Part shown: positions 1 to 9,869 of the stretch, piece after piece
Layout of the letters: every line of letters begins with the position of its first letter
How positions within the stretch are numbered: the stretch's first letter is position 1
NCBI GenBank assembly: GCA_009380075.1
Contig: WHSO01000006.1
Location: 13,930 to 77,929, forward strand
Direction: 5' to 3'
From: Alphaproteobacteria bacterium
Lineage (GTDB): Bacteria > Pseudomonadota > Alphaproteobacteria > SMXQ01
DNA length: 64,000 nucleotides
The notes under the pieces: generated by a model
What the model saw: only the letters and a program-made list of their open reading frames with translations
Databases searched by the model: none
What the model was told of the DNA's origin: nothing
Translations under genes and position numbers: made by a program

Positions 1-392
1 ATCGACACCAGGTGTTTTCCATTCCCGATGGCGGCCACGCTGATCTGCGCGCCGAACTCGACGGCGCCGGTGACATCGATCAGGCAATCGATCCCGGGGC
101 TGCGAATAAGAAGAAAGGGGTCGTCCGTAACCGCGGGCCTGCCGGACGCGATAGCCTGATCCAGCCCATCCTGCGTTGAAACCGTCACCGTGTTCTCGAC
201 CCCGGCGTAGGCGAAGGCCGCGGCGGCGCGATCAACCGAGCGATTGGCGATCGCAACAAGCTCCATGCCGTTGACGGAGTGGGTGATCTGGTTTGCGACG
301 CCTCGACCCATGAAACCGGCGCCGATCATCCCGACACGGATCGGCCGGCCTTGTTCCGCACGTTCCTGCAGCAGACGATCGATGATGATCAT
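1..392 (-). CDS. NAD(P)-dependent oxidoreductase (homoserine dehydrogenase-like/SAF-domain family), runs off the window edge
   Basis: Manual translation from CAT at 390-392: MIIIDRLLQERAEQGRPIRVGMIGAGFMGRGVANQI, with a Rossmann GxGxxG motif; follows the rfbC-like gene in the same direction; not in the ORF track. Confidence 0.8.
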   Translation of the reverse strand, partial: MIIIDRLLQERAEQGRPIRVGMIGAGFMGRGVANQITHSVNGMELVAIANRSVDRAAAAFAYAGVENTVTVSTQDGLDQAIASGRPAVTDDPFLLIRSPGIDCLIDVTGAVEFGAQISVAAIGNGKHLVS

Positions 393-405
393 TGTCGCGC
401 CTCCA

Positions 406-963
406 TCAAACCTGTACCAGGGGCTGGACCAACTCTTCTTTGAAGTCGGCCCAGTTTGCATCCTTTTCGGAAATGACTGCCGGCGGCAGCGGCCATTCGA
501 TCGCAAATGCCGGGTCATTGTACCTGACGCCACGCTCTCTGCCAGGGGCGTAGGCGCTGCTCGCGAGATAAATGGCGAAGGTATTGGGCTCGATCGTTAC
601 GAAGCCGTGGGCGAACCCTTTGGGCACGTACATCATGAGATTATTCTCGGGGGTGAGTTCCGCTGCGAACCATTTGCGAAAGGTCGTGGACGACGGCCGC
701 AGATCGACGATGCAGTCCCACATCGCGCCCTGCACGCACCTGACCACCTTCACTTCCGCCGCCGGCGGCAGCTGGAAATGCATACCCCTGAGGGTTCCGG
801 GCGAGATATTGAAAGACTCGTTGATCTGAACGAAATTCCCTTCCAGCCCCGCGTCGGTGAAGACCTTGCCGCAGAAAAGCCGCGAGAACCGCCCGCGGCT
901 GTCGGCAAATGGGGAGAGTTCAATGAGGCGGGCGCCGGCGAGGCCGACATCATGAAACTTCAT
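406..963 (-). CDS. rfbC: dTDP-4-dehydrorhamnose 3,5-epimerase family protein
   Basis: DSRGRF, GTLRGMHFQ, VDLRPSS and VPKGFAHGF motifs. Confidence 0.9.
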   Translation of the reverse strand: MKFHDVGLAGARLIELSPFADSRGRFSRLFCGKVFTDAGLEGNFVQINESFNISPGTLRGMHFQLPPAAEVKVVRCVQGAMWDCIVDLRPSSTTFRKWFAAELTPENNLMMYVPKGFAHGFVTIEPNTFAIYLASSAYAPGRERGVRYNDPAFAIEWPLPPAVISEKDANWADFKEELVQPLVQV

Positions 964-2012
964 GCGGCTACCATCTGGCGCAGGTCGGAAGCCAGTTTGC
1001 CCTGGTCGACGAGACCGTTGAGTATCTTCAGTCTGATGAAGTCCGAATTACGGAAGTTGCGATCGGAGAAATTTATCGCCTTCATTGCGTCTCGCAATTC
1101 GGCGATCGCTCCACTGAGTGTCTCGCGGGGTTGGTGGTTTGGCGCAAGTGAGCGGAATTTCGCGAAATCCACCTTGTAGGAACGATTGTCGGCCGGAGGC
1201 GTTTTCGACATCGATATGTCCGCTTCCGGCATCGCCTTGCCGACGGCGGTTGCGAGGTCGCGGACCTGGAAATTCCATTCGTCACAGCCGCCGTTGACCG
1301 CGAGATACCGGCCGCCCTGATCGGCCGGGCGTGTCGCTGCCCATTCCATGGCGCGGGCCATGTCGCGCACGTGGATGAGCGGGCGCCAGGGCGATCCGTC
1401 GCTCAGAATTTCGATGGTTCCGGTGGAAACCGCGCTTGCAACGAAATCGTTAAGGACGAGATCGAGACGCAGGCGAGGGGACAGCCCGCAAGCCGTCGCG
1501 AAGCGCAGGCTCGTAATGATCATGTCCGTGTCGAGTGCGGCAAGATCCTTCTCGGTGTCGATCTTGGAGCGCGCATAAGCGGTGAGGGGCGCGAGGCTGC
1601 TGGTCTCGGATCGCGCCGCGCCGTCTGCTGCCGCTCCATAGACGCTGCAGCTCGACGCGAAAACGAAATGGCCTACACCCGCCTCGGAAGCCGCTTTCGC
1701 CACCGAAACACTTGCGCGATGATTGATCTCGTCGGTGACCGATTCAAATCGTTTGCCCATCGCGTCGTTGGATACGGCTGCCAGATGGATCACCGCGTCC
1801 GCGCCAGTGAGATCCGCGGCGCTGATGTCCCGGACGTCGCGAAATACCTGGAAGTCCAAAACCGTTTCGGGAAGCGCGCCGAGTCCGAAAAGGCAATGGG
1901 CGAACCAGCCCTGGTCGATGCCACCCAACATGGCATCCGGCCACGTACGACGAAAATGGGCCGCCACGACCGGACCCACATACCCCATATTTCCTGTAAT
2001 GATGATGCGCAT
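960..2012 (-). CDS. NAD-dependent nucleotide-sugar epimerase/dehydratase (extended SDR)
   Basis: ITGNMGYVG, FASSCSVYG and YARSK (YxxxK) motifs; ATGA overlap with the downstream gene. Confidence 0.9.
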   Translation of the reverse strand: MRIIITGNMGYVGPVVAAHFRRTWPDAMLGGIDQGWFAHCLFGLGALPETVLDFQVFRDVRDISAADLTGADAVIHLAAVSNDAMGKRFESVTDEINHRASVSVAKAASEAGVGHFVFASSCSVYGAAADGAARSETSSLAPLTAYARSKIDTEKDLAALDTDMIITSLRFATACGLSPRLRLDLVLNDFVASAVSTGTIEILSDGSPWRPLIHVRDMARAMEWAATRPADQGGRYLAVNGGCDEWNFQVRDLATAVGKAMPEADISMSKTPPADNRSYKVDFAKFRSLAPNHQPRETLSGAIAELRDAMKAINFSDRNFRNSDFIRLKILNGLVDQGKLASDLRQMVAA

Positions 2013-2015
2013 CGT

Positions 2016-2792
2016 CTAGTCTTTCCATAGCTTCCAGGGGGCTTTTCCCGACTGCCAATACTCCTCGAGGAGATTCTTGTCCCGCAGGGTATCCATTGGC
2101 TGCCAGAAGCCGCCGTGTCGATAAACGGACAATTGCCGGTCGTGAGCGAGCCGCTGCATGGGCTCGACTTCCCATGAAACGGAGTCGCCGTCGATCAGGT
2201 CGATGACCTTCGGACTGAGAACGAAGTAGCCGCCGTTGATGTATCCTTCGCTGCCGTCCGGCTTTTCGCGAAAACCGATCACCAATTCGTCCTCCAGGTG
2301 GAGGGCGCCGAAGCGCCCGGGCGGCTGAACAGCGGTCACCGTCGCCATGCGGCCGCTCTTGCGATGCAGCGCAATCGCCGCCGAAACGTCGACGTCGCCG
2401 ACCCCGTCCCCGTAGGTCATGCAGAAGCTGTCATCGTCCTTTACATAATCATGAACACGCTTGAGCCGGCCGCCGGTCATGGTCGAGTCACCGGTATCGA
2501 CGAGCGTTACGCGCCATGGTTCAGCACGACTTGATCGTACTTCCACGGAATTCTTGGAGAAATCGAAAGTGCAGTCGGAGCGACGCATATTATAGTTAAG
2601 AAAGAAGTCCTTGATGACTTCTCCCTTGTAACCGAGGCATATAATGAAATCGCTGATTCCATGATGGAAATAGATTTTCATTATATGCCAGAGGATGGGC
2701 ATATTCCCGATTTCAACCATCGGCTTGGGCCGGACTGCGGTTTCTTCCGAAAGTCGGGTGCCCAAGCCACCCGCTAAAATCACAGCTTTCAT
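2016..2792 (-). CDS. rfbF: Glucose-1-phosphate cytidylyltransferase
   Basis: [35 protein letters not shown] and [12 protein letters not shown]; start reassigned to MKAV. Confidence 0.95.
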   Translation of the reverse strand: MKAVILAGGLGTRLSEETAVRPKPMVEIGNMPILWHIMKIYFHHGISDFIICLGYKGEVIKDFFLNYNMRRSDCTFDFSKNSVEVRSSRAEPWRVTLVDTGDSTMTGGRLKRVHDYVKDDDSFCMTYGDGVGDVDVSAAIALHRKSGRMATVTAVQPPGRFGALHLEDELVIGFREKPDGSEGYINGGYFVLSPKVIDLIDGDSVSWEVEPMQRLAHDRQLSVYRHGGFWQPMDTLRDKNLLEEYWQSGKAPWKLWKD

Positions 2793-2910
2793 ACGCGGAG
2801 CCTTTACAAAGGGAGTGTGGACTAGCAGATTTTTGCATAGTTGCGAAGGGATAAATTTTTTGTTACTACCTAGCCCGGTGTGCGCAGATTCTGAATTGCA
2901 GGGGTAAAAA

Positions 2911-3780
2911 ATGGGGCACTCAGTCACAATTGGGATGCCCATTAGGAATGGCGGGCACCAAATCAAAGTTGCTCTGGAAAGTTTATTAAATCAGACGTTC
3001 GCAGATTTTCAGATTATTATTTCCGATAACTGTTCCACTGACGATACTGTGGAAATATGCAGGAAATTTGCCGAAAACGACAGTCGCATCCGTATCGTAA
3101 CGCAGCGCGACAACCTTGGTATTTTTGGCAATTTCCGTTTCACATTGTTTCAGGCGAACAGCCCTTACTTCATGTGGGCGTGCCACGACGATCGATGGGC
3201 GCCAGAGTTCATTGAGAAAAACCTTCGGATGCTGGAGGGAAATCCTCGCGCCATCGGATCCATCTCGAAGGTAAGGCTGTTGCTTCCGGACGGTTCCGTT
3301 GCGCCGGCGAAGGGGACAGCGCCGTTGCTTGGCGAACCGTGGGAGCGCGTCCGCGTATTCCTGAAGCGGCCGTCCGAGGCGTCGCGCTTTTACTCCCTCT
3401 TCCGCACGGACGACCTGCGGGCCTCCTTTCCGGAGGATATCGATGTATTCGGATACGATTATGTCGTGCTGGCGCTCGCGGCCCTGCGCGGCGAGTTCCT
3501 CGAGGTCGACGAAGTCCTGATGGAGCGGGAGGCGCACGACTATCTCTATTATCAAAAGCACTTCGTCGCTCGCCGCCCCACACCGATGAAGCGCTGGTTC
3601 GCCATGCGCGATTTGACGGCCAAGATCAGCGAGAAGTTGCGCCCGCCTTACGGAGTAGGGGTTAGACGCGCGCTGTTCATGCTGCAAGTGCGACATGCCG
3701 CTCAGTATGCCATTTATCGGTTCCCTCCACTGCTCGATGCTTCAAGGGCGATAGGCCGCTCAGCACGTCCCAGGTCTTGA
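2911..3780 (+). CDS. Glycosyltransferase family 2
   Basis: [18 protein letters not shown] and YFMWACHDD; 5' part is lower in GC. Confidence 0.9.
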   Translation: MGHSVTIGMPIRNGGHQIKVALESLLNQTFADFQIIISDNCSTDDTVEICRKFAENDSRIRIVTQRDNLGIFGNFRFTLFQANSPYFMWACHDDRWAPEFIEKNLRMLEGNPRAIGSISKVRLLLPDGSVAPAKGTAPLLGEPWERVRVFLKRPSEASRFYSLFRTDDLRASFPEDIDVFGYDYVVLALAALRGEFLEVDEVLMEREAHDYLYYQKHFVARRPTPMKRWFAMRDLTAKISEKLRPPYGVGVRRALFMLQVRHAAQYAIYRFPPLLDASRAIGRSARPRS

Positions 3781-4413
3781 CCGAATAGCAGGCCTATCTG
3801 AACATTGTGCCCTCGGCGGTGCGGTCGCCAAAAACGCCGAGGATGACAGTTCTCAAATACGTTTCCGCCAGTCTGGCCGGGATGACCGTAACGCTAGCTG
3901 TTCAGGCAGGACTGCGGCCCATTGGCGGCCCGTCGAGCGCCCGTAGAAAATGGCTTCAGAACCTCGCGCACGTCTGCCTCGCGCCGCCGCCCGCCGCCTT
4001 GGCCGGCGGGATCATGGGTCCGACAATCGCCCGTTCCGCCTCGTTCCGGTCATTCGGATAGCGCAGGCCGCGTTGGTCGGCCGCCTTAACGATGCTCCGG
4101 CCGTCACGTCGGGTACCCGTTTTTCCCCGATTCAGGTGTTACATAGGAAATCTCTAGTGATTCTAATAACTTAATAACTTCGTGGGTCGGCTCTCACTTT
4201 GCCGGTTCCACTCGCCCATGGCAACTGCACCACCCCGCAAAGGTGCCACAATACTTCCGTGGCGGCGCGTAACACAGCGCATTTTAACTTGCCATAAGCC
4301 AATGCTTCGGCATACTGAATCGCGCTTCCGAATTCTGGCAGCGGGTTTTCCGTCGCGCCCCAAAAGGTTTTTTTGGGGCCTTGTCGTGGGGATACACAGT
4401 GATCGAGGGTGAT

Positions 4414-5799
4414 ATGGGACGGTCGGGCGCATTTCGTTTGGGGGGACGCAGTGAGTTTGGGGCAACGCTTTCCATTGCGGTGCTTTTGGCGGCTTGGGGC
4501 GTTCCGCTCGCGCCGGCCTACGGCAATGATGGGACCGACGGCGTCCAGGTATCGGAGGGGCCGCAGCCGCCCGAGCAGGTGGCCCAGGCCGCGATCGAGG
4601 TGCCTTCGCGCATCACCACGGTGCCGCGCGGCCAGACCGTCGAGGAGCGCCGCCGTCCGGATCTCGATCCCCTTGGCGTCCAGGTCGGCACGTTCACGCT
4701 CTTGCCATCCATCGGCCTGGAAGAGCAGTACAACGACAATATTTTCGCCACCGAAAACAATACCATCGACGATTTCATCACCCGCCTCCTGCCGCGGGCC
4801 AGGCTTCGTTCGAACTGGAACAATCACAGCCTCTCGGTTTACGGCAATGCCGACATCGGGCGCTATGCCGATAACGGCAACGAGGATTACGAGGACTACA
4901 CGGCGGGGGCGAACGGCCGGCTTACCATCCTCCGCGACACCTGGCTGCAAGCCCAGGTCGAACATCAGCGACGGCACGAGGACCGCGGTTCGCCCGATGA
5001 TGTCGGTGGTATCGAGCCGACAATCTACGGCGCTACGCTCGGCCAGTTGACCGGGTTTCACCGCCTGAACCGCCTGAACTTCACGTTGAGCGGCACGGTC
5101 GAGCGCCTCGATTTCGACGATGTTGCCACGGGCGGCGGCGGGATCATAAACAACGACGACCGCGACCGTTACGAAATGGAAACCTCTCTGCGGGTCGGCT
5201 ACGAAGTGGTCCCGAACTACGAGGCCTTCGTCCGCGGCGGCTACCTGAAGCGCACCTACGACGATATCTCAGACAACGGGCTTGACCGGGACAACAACGG
5301 CTACGAAATCGTGGCCGGCATCTCGGTCGATTTCGGCGGCATCACCTTCGGCGATTTCTTCGCCGGCTACCGGACGCAGGAATATGACGATCCCGCGTTG
5401 GATAGCGTCAGCGGCCCGTCCGTCGGTGGCGAAATCACCTGGAACGTGACGCCGCTCACGACCATCATCGGCACCCTGAGCCGGACGATTGAGGAATCGA
5501 CCAACGGCGACGGCATGGGCAATTTCGCCTCGGGCCGGTTCCTGACCGCCGCCGGGGTCAGCGCCCAGCACGAATTGCGGCGCAACCTGCTCCTGGGGGC
5601 GAACATCGGCTACCAAAACGACGATTACGAAGGAATTTCCCGGACCGATGAGACCTTCCGGTTCGGTGTCAACGCCAATTACATGATGTATCGCAACCTG
5701 TATATTCGCGGCGGCTACACCGTGCGGTCCAGAGATGCGGAAATTGGTACGGACTATGTCGAAAACGTCGTCTTCGTGCGGTTGCAGGCTCAGTATTGA
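4414..5799 (+). CDS. Exopolysaccharide-associated outer-membrane beta-barrel (BBP2/VpsM-like)
   Basis: Signal peptide, YNDNIF motif, alternating beta-strands, C-terminal aromatic residue (LQAQY); lies upstream of OPX and Wzc; start codon uncertain. Confidence 0.85.
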   Translation: MGRSGAFRLGGRSEFGATLSIAVLLAAWGVPLAPAYGNDGTDGVQVSEGPQPPEQVAQAAIEVPSRITTVPRGQTVEERRRPDLDPLGVQVGTFTLLPSIGLEEQYNDNIFATENNTIDDFITRLLPRARLRSNWNNHSLSVYGNADIGRYADNGNEDYEDYTAGANGRLTILRDTWLQAQVEHQRRHEDRGSPDDVGGIEPTIYGATLGQLTGFHRLNRLNFTLSGTVERLDFDDVATGGGGIINNDDRDRYEMETSLRVGYEVVPNYEAFVRGGYLKRTYDDISDNGLDRDNNGYEIVAGISVDFGGITFGDFFAGYRTQEYDDPALDSVSGPSVGGEITWNVTPLTTIIGTLSRTIEESTNGDGMGNFASGRFLTAAGVSAQHELRRNLLLGANIGYQNDDYEGISRTDETFRFGVNANYMMYRNLYIRGGYTVRSRDAEIGTDYVENVVFVRLQAQY

Positions 5800-5848
5800 T
5801 ACCCCGGAGCTGCGGAGAGAATTCCCATCGCGGTTCAAGAGTTCGACC

Positions 5849-6454
5849 ATGTCGGTACTGACGGACGTTCGTAAGAAGGGTTTCAGGATGGCCGTGGCCG
5901 GTATTTTCGGCCTCCTGGTCGTGGCAATGGTGTCACTCGCGTCGGCGGGTCCGGCCATGGCGCAAGCCCCGGTGCCGTCTCCGAAGGCGGAGCAGGACGT
6001 CAGCTATACCCTTGACTCCGGCGATCGTGTCCGCTTGATGGTGTTCGGCCAGAAAGAATTGTCTGGGGACTTCGTGGTCACCGGAAATGGCACCCTGTCC
6101 CTGCCCCTGATCGGCGAGGTCGCCGTCAAAGGTCTGACCTTGCGTCAGACCGAGGCCGCGATCATCAATAAGCTGCAGCCGGACTTCCTCAAGAATCCGC
6201 GGGTGAGCGCCGAGGTCATCAATTATCGCCCCTTCTACATCATCGGTGAGGTGAAAAACCCCGGTACGTACCCCTACGTCAACGGCATGCGTATCGTTAA
6301 CGCCGTCGCCATCGCCGGGGGGTACACCTATCGTGCCAACGAGAGGGAGATGCGCATTACCCGGGCCAAGGGCGACGGCAAGCCCGAGCGCGTCAGGCCC
6401 GATACCCTCGTGCTGCCCGGCGACGTCGTCGAGGTAACGGAGCGGTATTTCTGA
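5849..6454 (+). CDS. Polysaccharide export protein (short OPX: Poly_export plus SLBB)
   Basis: YTLDSGDRVRLMVFG, LSLPLIGEV, FYIIGEVKNPGTYPY and AIAGGYTYRA. Confidence 0.9.
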   Translation: MSVLTDVRKKGFRMAVAGIFGLLVVAMVSLASAGPAMAQAPVPSPKAEQDVSYTLDSGDRVRLMVFGQKELSGDFVVTGNGTLSLPLIGEVAVKGLTLRQTEAAIINKLQPDFLKNPRVSAEVINYRPFYIIGEVKNPGTYPYVNGMRIVNAVAIAGGYTYRANEREMRITRAKGDGKPERVRPDTLVLPGDVVEVTERYF

Positions 6455-6669
6455 TCGACCCTCAATTTGCCTGGGGGGACGGCAATTCCAGGGGCTTTTC
6501 AGTCTCTCGGGCTGGGGACGCGGGCGCCAAGGAGCCCTCGGGATGTCACACCAAGCCTAAAATCCGAAGACACGCGGGATAACGGCGAATGCCTCGAATC
6601 CCTGATGTTCCCGATTTCACCATCGGGTAATATGCCTACAATGTAGGGCGACAAGAATGCAGGATCAGC

Positions 6670-9042
6670 ATGGCAATCATATTAGGCAGGAAGCCCGTTC
6701 CCATGGCACCCGATGACGTCAGCAGGCCTGCAGCGCCCTCTTCCATAAGTTTCGGGCCGCTCGACATTCGTGAAATCGTCCGCGTGCTCCGGCGGGGAAT
6801 CTGGGTCATCGCCTGGTCGATCGCCTTCTTCCTCGCGTTGGGAGCGACGTTCATTTTCTCGATCGTTCCCCAGTACACGGCTTCGGCTTTCGTCGAGATC
6901 AATCCCCGGCAGGCGCAGATCCTGAACTTCAAGGATTTGATGAGCACCGTGCAGACGGACTCGTCCACGATCGGCACCGAAATCGAGATTCTTCGTTCGC
7001 GCAATCTTGCCGATAGAGCCGTCCAGAAGCTGAACCTCTTTGTCCTGCCCGAGTTCAATGAGGCCCTGCGCGCGCCCTCGATCCCCAGGGGCATAATCGG
7101 ATGGGTGAAAGACTCCGTTTCGAATGCGACGGCGTACCTCGACACGTGGCTCGGCTTCGGGGATGCGAAGCCGGGCGCGACGTCGGGCAGTTCGGCACCC
7201 GTGACGTCGGAGTTCACCGACCTGCCGTTGCTGAGCTACTTCCGCGATCGGGATCAAAAGCATCAAGAATTTGCAGCCATCGCGGAGCAGGAGCGGACCA
7301 ACGTCGTCGATACGTATCTGAGGAAGCTGCAGGTGGTGCCGCTGAGCCGCTCCCGCGTGATCGGCATTTCCTTCAGTTCGGAGAATCCGCGGACCGCGGC
7401 GACGATCGTCAATACCACGGCCGATCTCTACATCGTGTCGCAGCTCGAAGCGAAGTACGAGGCGGCGAAGCGGGCGAATACCTGGCTGAGCGACCGGATC
7501 GCCGAGCTTCGGCGCGACGTCGGAAACGCGGAGCGGGCGGTGGAGGTGTTCCGCAACAAGTCCGGCCTCACCCGGGGCAAGGGCACGGCGACACTCGTCG
7601 ACGAACAGTTGACCGACTTGAACTCCCGCTACATCCAGCAGCGAACTCTCCTTGGTGCGGCAATTGCGCGTATGCGTCAGGCCGAGGACCTGCTCAAGTC
7701 CCCGCGCGGCATCGAGACCGCGGCCGCAGTCCTCAATTCGCAAACGATCCGGGACCTGATCCGCGAGGAAAGCCAAGTCAACAGGACGATGGTGGAGCTG
7801 TCGAACGAGTACGGCGACAAGCACCCGAAGATGATCAATGCCCAGACCCAGCAGGTTCAAATTCGCCGGAAAATCCGGTTCGAGATGGAAAAGATCATCC
7901 AGGGGCTGCGCAACGAAGTGGCGGTCGCGCGCGGCGCCGTGCAGCAACTGAAGAACGAGCTCGATACCTCCCGCACGAAAGTTGCGGCGCTCGATTCGGC
8001 CCAGATTCAGCTCCGTGCCCTGGAACGGGAGGCTAACGCATCCCGTCTGTTGCTGGAACAGTTGCTGTCGCGGTCGAAGGAGCTCGCGACCCAGACCGAC
8101 TTCCAGCAGCCGGACGCGACGCTCATCACCAAGGCGCCGATCCCGGACAGGCCGACCTATCCCAAGACCGGCCTGATGTTCATCCTCCTGTTCACCCTGG
8201 GAACGACCGTCGGCATCTATGGCGCGTTCCTGGCGGACCGTGTCGATCACGGCTATCGCAGCGCCGACGAGATCACGCGGGAACTGGGCGTTGTCGCGCT
8301 CGGCCTGATCCCGGCCATCAGCCAGCTGAAGTCCCGCGGCAAGGGGCCGCAGGACTATTGCGTCGAGAACCCCACCTCGGCCTATGCGGAAGCGCTGCGA
8401 AGTCTGCATACCAACATGCTGCTGGCGGACGTCGGAAACCGCCCCGGCGTGGTCCTGGTCACCTCCGCCCTGCCGAACGAAGGCAAGAGCTCGATCGTCG
8501 TGTCGCTCGCCCGCGTGCTGGCGGGTGCCGGACGCGCCGTTGTCGTGGTCGACTGCGACCTGCGCCGGCCCACGGTCCACGGATTGTTCGGGGCGAAGGA
8601 CGGGCCCGGCCTGGTCGAATGCGTGACCGGCAAGGCTTCGCTCGATCATGTGATCCAGGAAGACAAGCAGACCTCGGTGCATTTCATCCGGGCGGGCGAA
8701 CGGTCCACCAATTCGCCGGACATCTTTGACTCGGTCGCCTTCCAGCAGCTGCTGAAGACGCTGTCGCGGAACTACGACATGGTTCTGCTGGATTCGCCGC
8801 CGGTTCTCGCGGTGTCCGATACGCTGTTCCTGGCCCGGCTCGCCAACAAGACCGTCCTGGTGGTCCGTTGGGCGCGGACACGGCGGGCCATGGCCTCGCT
8901 GGCGCTGAAGAAGTTGATTGATGCGCGCGCGAATATCGCGGGTGTCCTGCTGTCGCGGGTCGATATCGAGGGCCACGCTCAGTATGGCTTCAGCGACTCG
9001 GGCACCTATTCCGGCGCCATGAAGAAGTACTACACGGGCTGA
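6670..9042 (+). CDS. Polysaccharide co-polymerase / BY-kinase (Wzc/ExoP/GumC)
   Basis: Two TM segments, coiled coil, Walker A TSALPNEGKSS, VDCDLRRP, LLDSPPVL, Tyr-rich C-terminus. Confidence 0.93.
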   Translation: MAIILGRKPVPMAPDDVSRPAAPSSISFGPLDIREIVRVLRRGIWVIAWSIAFFLALGATFIFSIVPQYTASAFVEINPRQAQILNFKDLMSTVQTDSSTIGTEIEILRSRNLADRAVQKLNLFVLPEFNEALRAPSIPRGIIGWVKDSVSNATAYLDTWLGFGDAKPGATSGSSAPVTSEFTDLPLLSYFRDRDQKHQEFAAIAEQERTNVVDTYLRKLQVVPLSRSRVIGISFSSENPRTAATIVNTTADLYIVSQLEAKYEAAKRANTWLSDRIAELRRDVGNAERAVEVFRNKSGLTRGKGTATLVDEQLTDLNSRYIQQRTLLGAAIARMRQAEDLLKSPRGIETAAAVLNSQTIRDLIREESQVNRTMVELSNEYGDKHPKMINAQTQQVQIRRKIRFEMEKIIQGLRNEVAVARGAVQQLKNELDTSRTKVAALDSAQIQLRALEREANASRLLLEQLLSRSKELATQTDFQQPDATLITKAPIPDRPTYPKTGLMFILLFTLGTTVGIYGAFLADRVDHGYRSADEITRELGVVALGLIPAISQLKSRGKGPQDYCVENPTSAYAEALRSLHTNMLLADVGNRPGVVLVTSALPNEGKSSIVVSLARVLAGAGRAVVVVDCDLRRPTVHGLFGAKDGPGLVECVTGKASLDHVIQEDKQTSVHFIRAGERSTNSPDIFDSVAFQQLLKTLSRNYDMVLLDSPPVLAVSDTLFLARLANKTVLVVRWARTRRAMASLALKKLIDARANIAGVLLSRVDIEGHAQYGFSDSGTYSGAMKKYYTG

Positions 9043-9326
9043 CCACGTTTCCGCTCCCTTCGGCCTCGGCGTGATGCGACCGTACCGGTTGCCGACGACC
9101 CGGCCGGTGTTCTTCCCGGCGGGCATGGCCCCCTGCATCGTGAGCGAATTGCCGTACCCCCTTCGGGACGTGCGGTGCCCTTGAAACCAGTGGGCGTGAT
9201 CGCGTGTGGGGGAACGCAGGGTCGATGAAATGCCTGTGTGCCCTGCTTTCAATTCACATTGCAGAAACTTTTAATTAAGTACGTTGAAATTCCAGTATTG
9301 CCACGAGCTGAATTTCGGCGCCGCGT

Positions 9327-9342
9327 GTTAACGCCTTCTTAA
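9327..9342 (-). promoter_or_regulatory. Putative CtrA binding site
   Basis: Minus strand reads TTAA-GAAGGCG-TTAAC, matching the TTAA-N7-TTAAC consensus. Confidence 0.6.
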
Positions 9343-9407
9343 AGAAGTCCGATGCAGACTCCGATCATCGATGAAGCTGACAACTTCATATCGGAGCATC
9401 TGGCCAA

Positions 9408-9572
9408 ATGTTTATGCTTCCCAATGACGCCAAGCGGCTCTATGCGCCGGAAGGCATAGCGCCGGAATCGGCTCCCCACAAGTGGAGCGCCCGGAAAACG
9501 CTGGTGTTCTTGACGTCGACATCCTGCATTCTCTGGGCGATCATCATCTCCACCTTCACGCACGTCTTCTAA
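9408..9572 (+). CDS. Small (54 aa) single-pass membrane protein
   Basis: MFMLPNDAKRLYAPEGIAPESAPHKWSARKTLVFLTSTSCILWAIIISTFTHVF; GGAG at 9393-9396; below the ORF-track cut-off. Confidence 0.6.
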   Translation: MFMLPNDAKRLYAPEGIAPESAPHKWSARKTLVFLTSTSCILWAIIISTFTHVF

Positions 9573-9608
9573 AGCACGTTTCCCGCGGGTTGAATCAATT
9601 TTCGGATT

Positions 9609-9689
9609 CGTCATCGCCCTCCCCCGATCAAGTCGGGGGATCACCGGGCGATCAACTGAGTGGATGCCCCACCTGCCTGGGGCATGATG
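9609..9689. repeat. REP/RIME-like palindromic element
   Basis: GTCATCGCCC..TCCCCCGATCAAGTCGGGGGA..CGGGCGATC..GGATGCCCCA..TGGGGCATGA hairpins, resembling alphaproteobacterial intergenic repeats. Confidence 0.5.
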
Positions 9690-9869
9690 TTTCAACGTTA
9701 GGGCAACACTCTCTGGCGGCAGTGGCACGCCCGCACCGTAGCCCGCGCCCGCCTGCCGGTGACCCAGACGACGGGCCCTCCCTTCACGTATCATCCGTCC
9801 CGTAACGGTCCCCATCCGTGCGAAGTGGCGATGAACCCCGGCATGTGCGCCGCCGGCGGCACGGGCGTC

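Noticed and set aside
6682-9252. 856-aa antisense ORF opposite wzc, and similar long shadow ORFs at 27331-30135, 37981-39645, 46160-47953 and 56897-58672
   Set aside because: These are stop-poor antisense frames expected from high-GC codon bias; they have no motifs and lie opposite well-supported genes.
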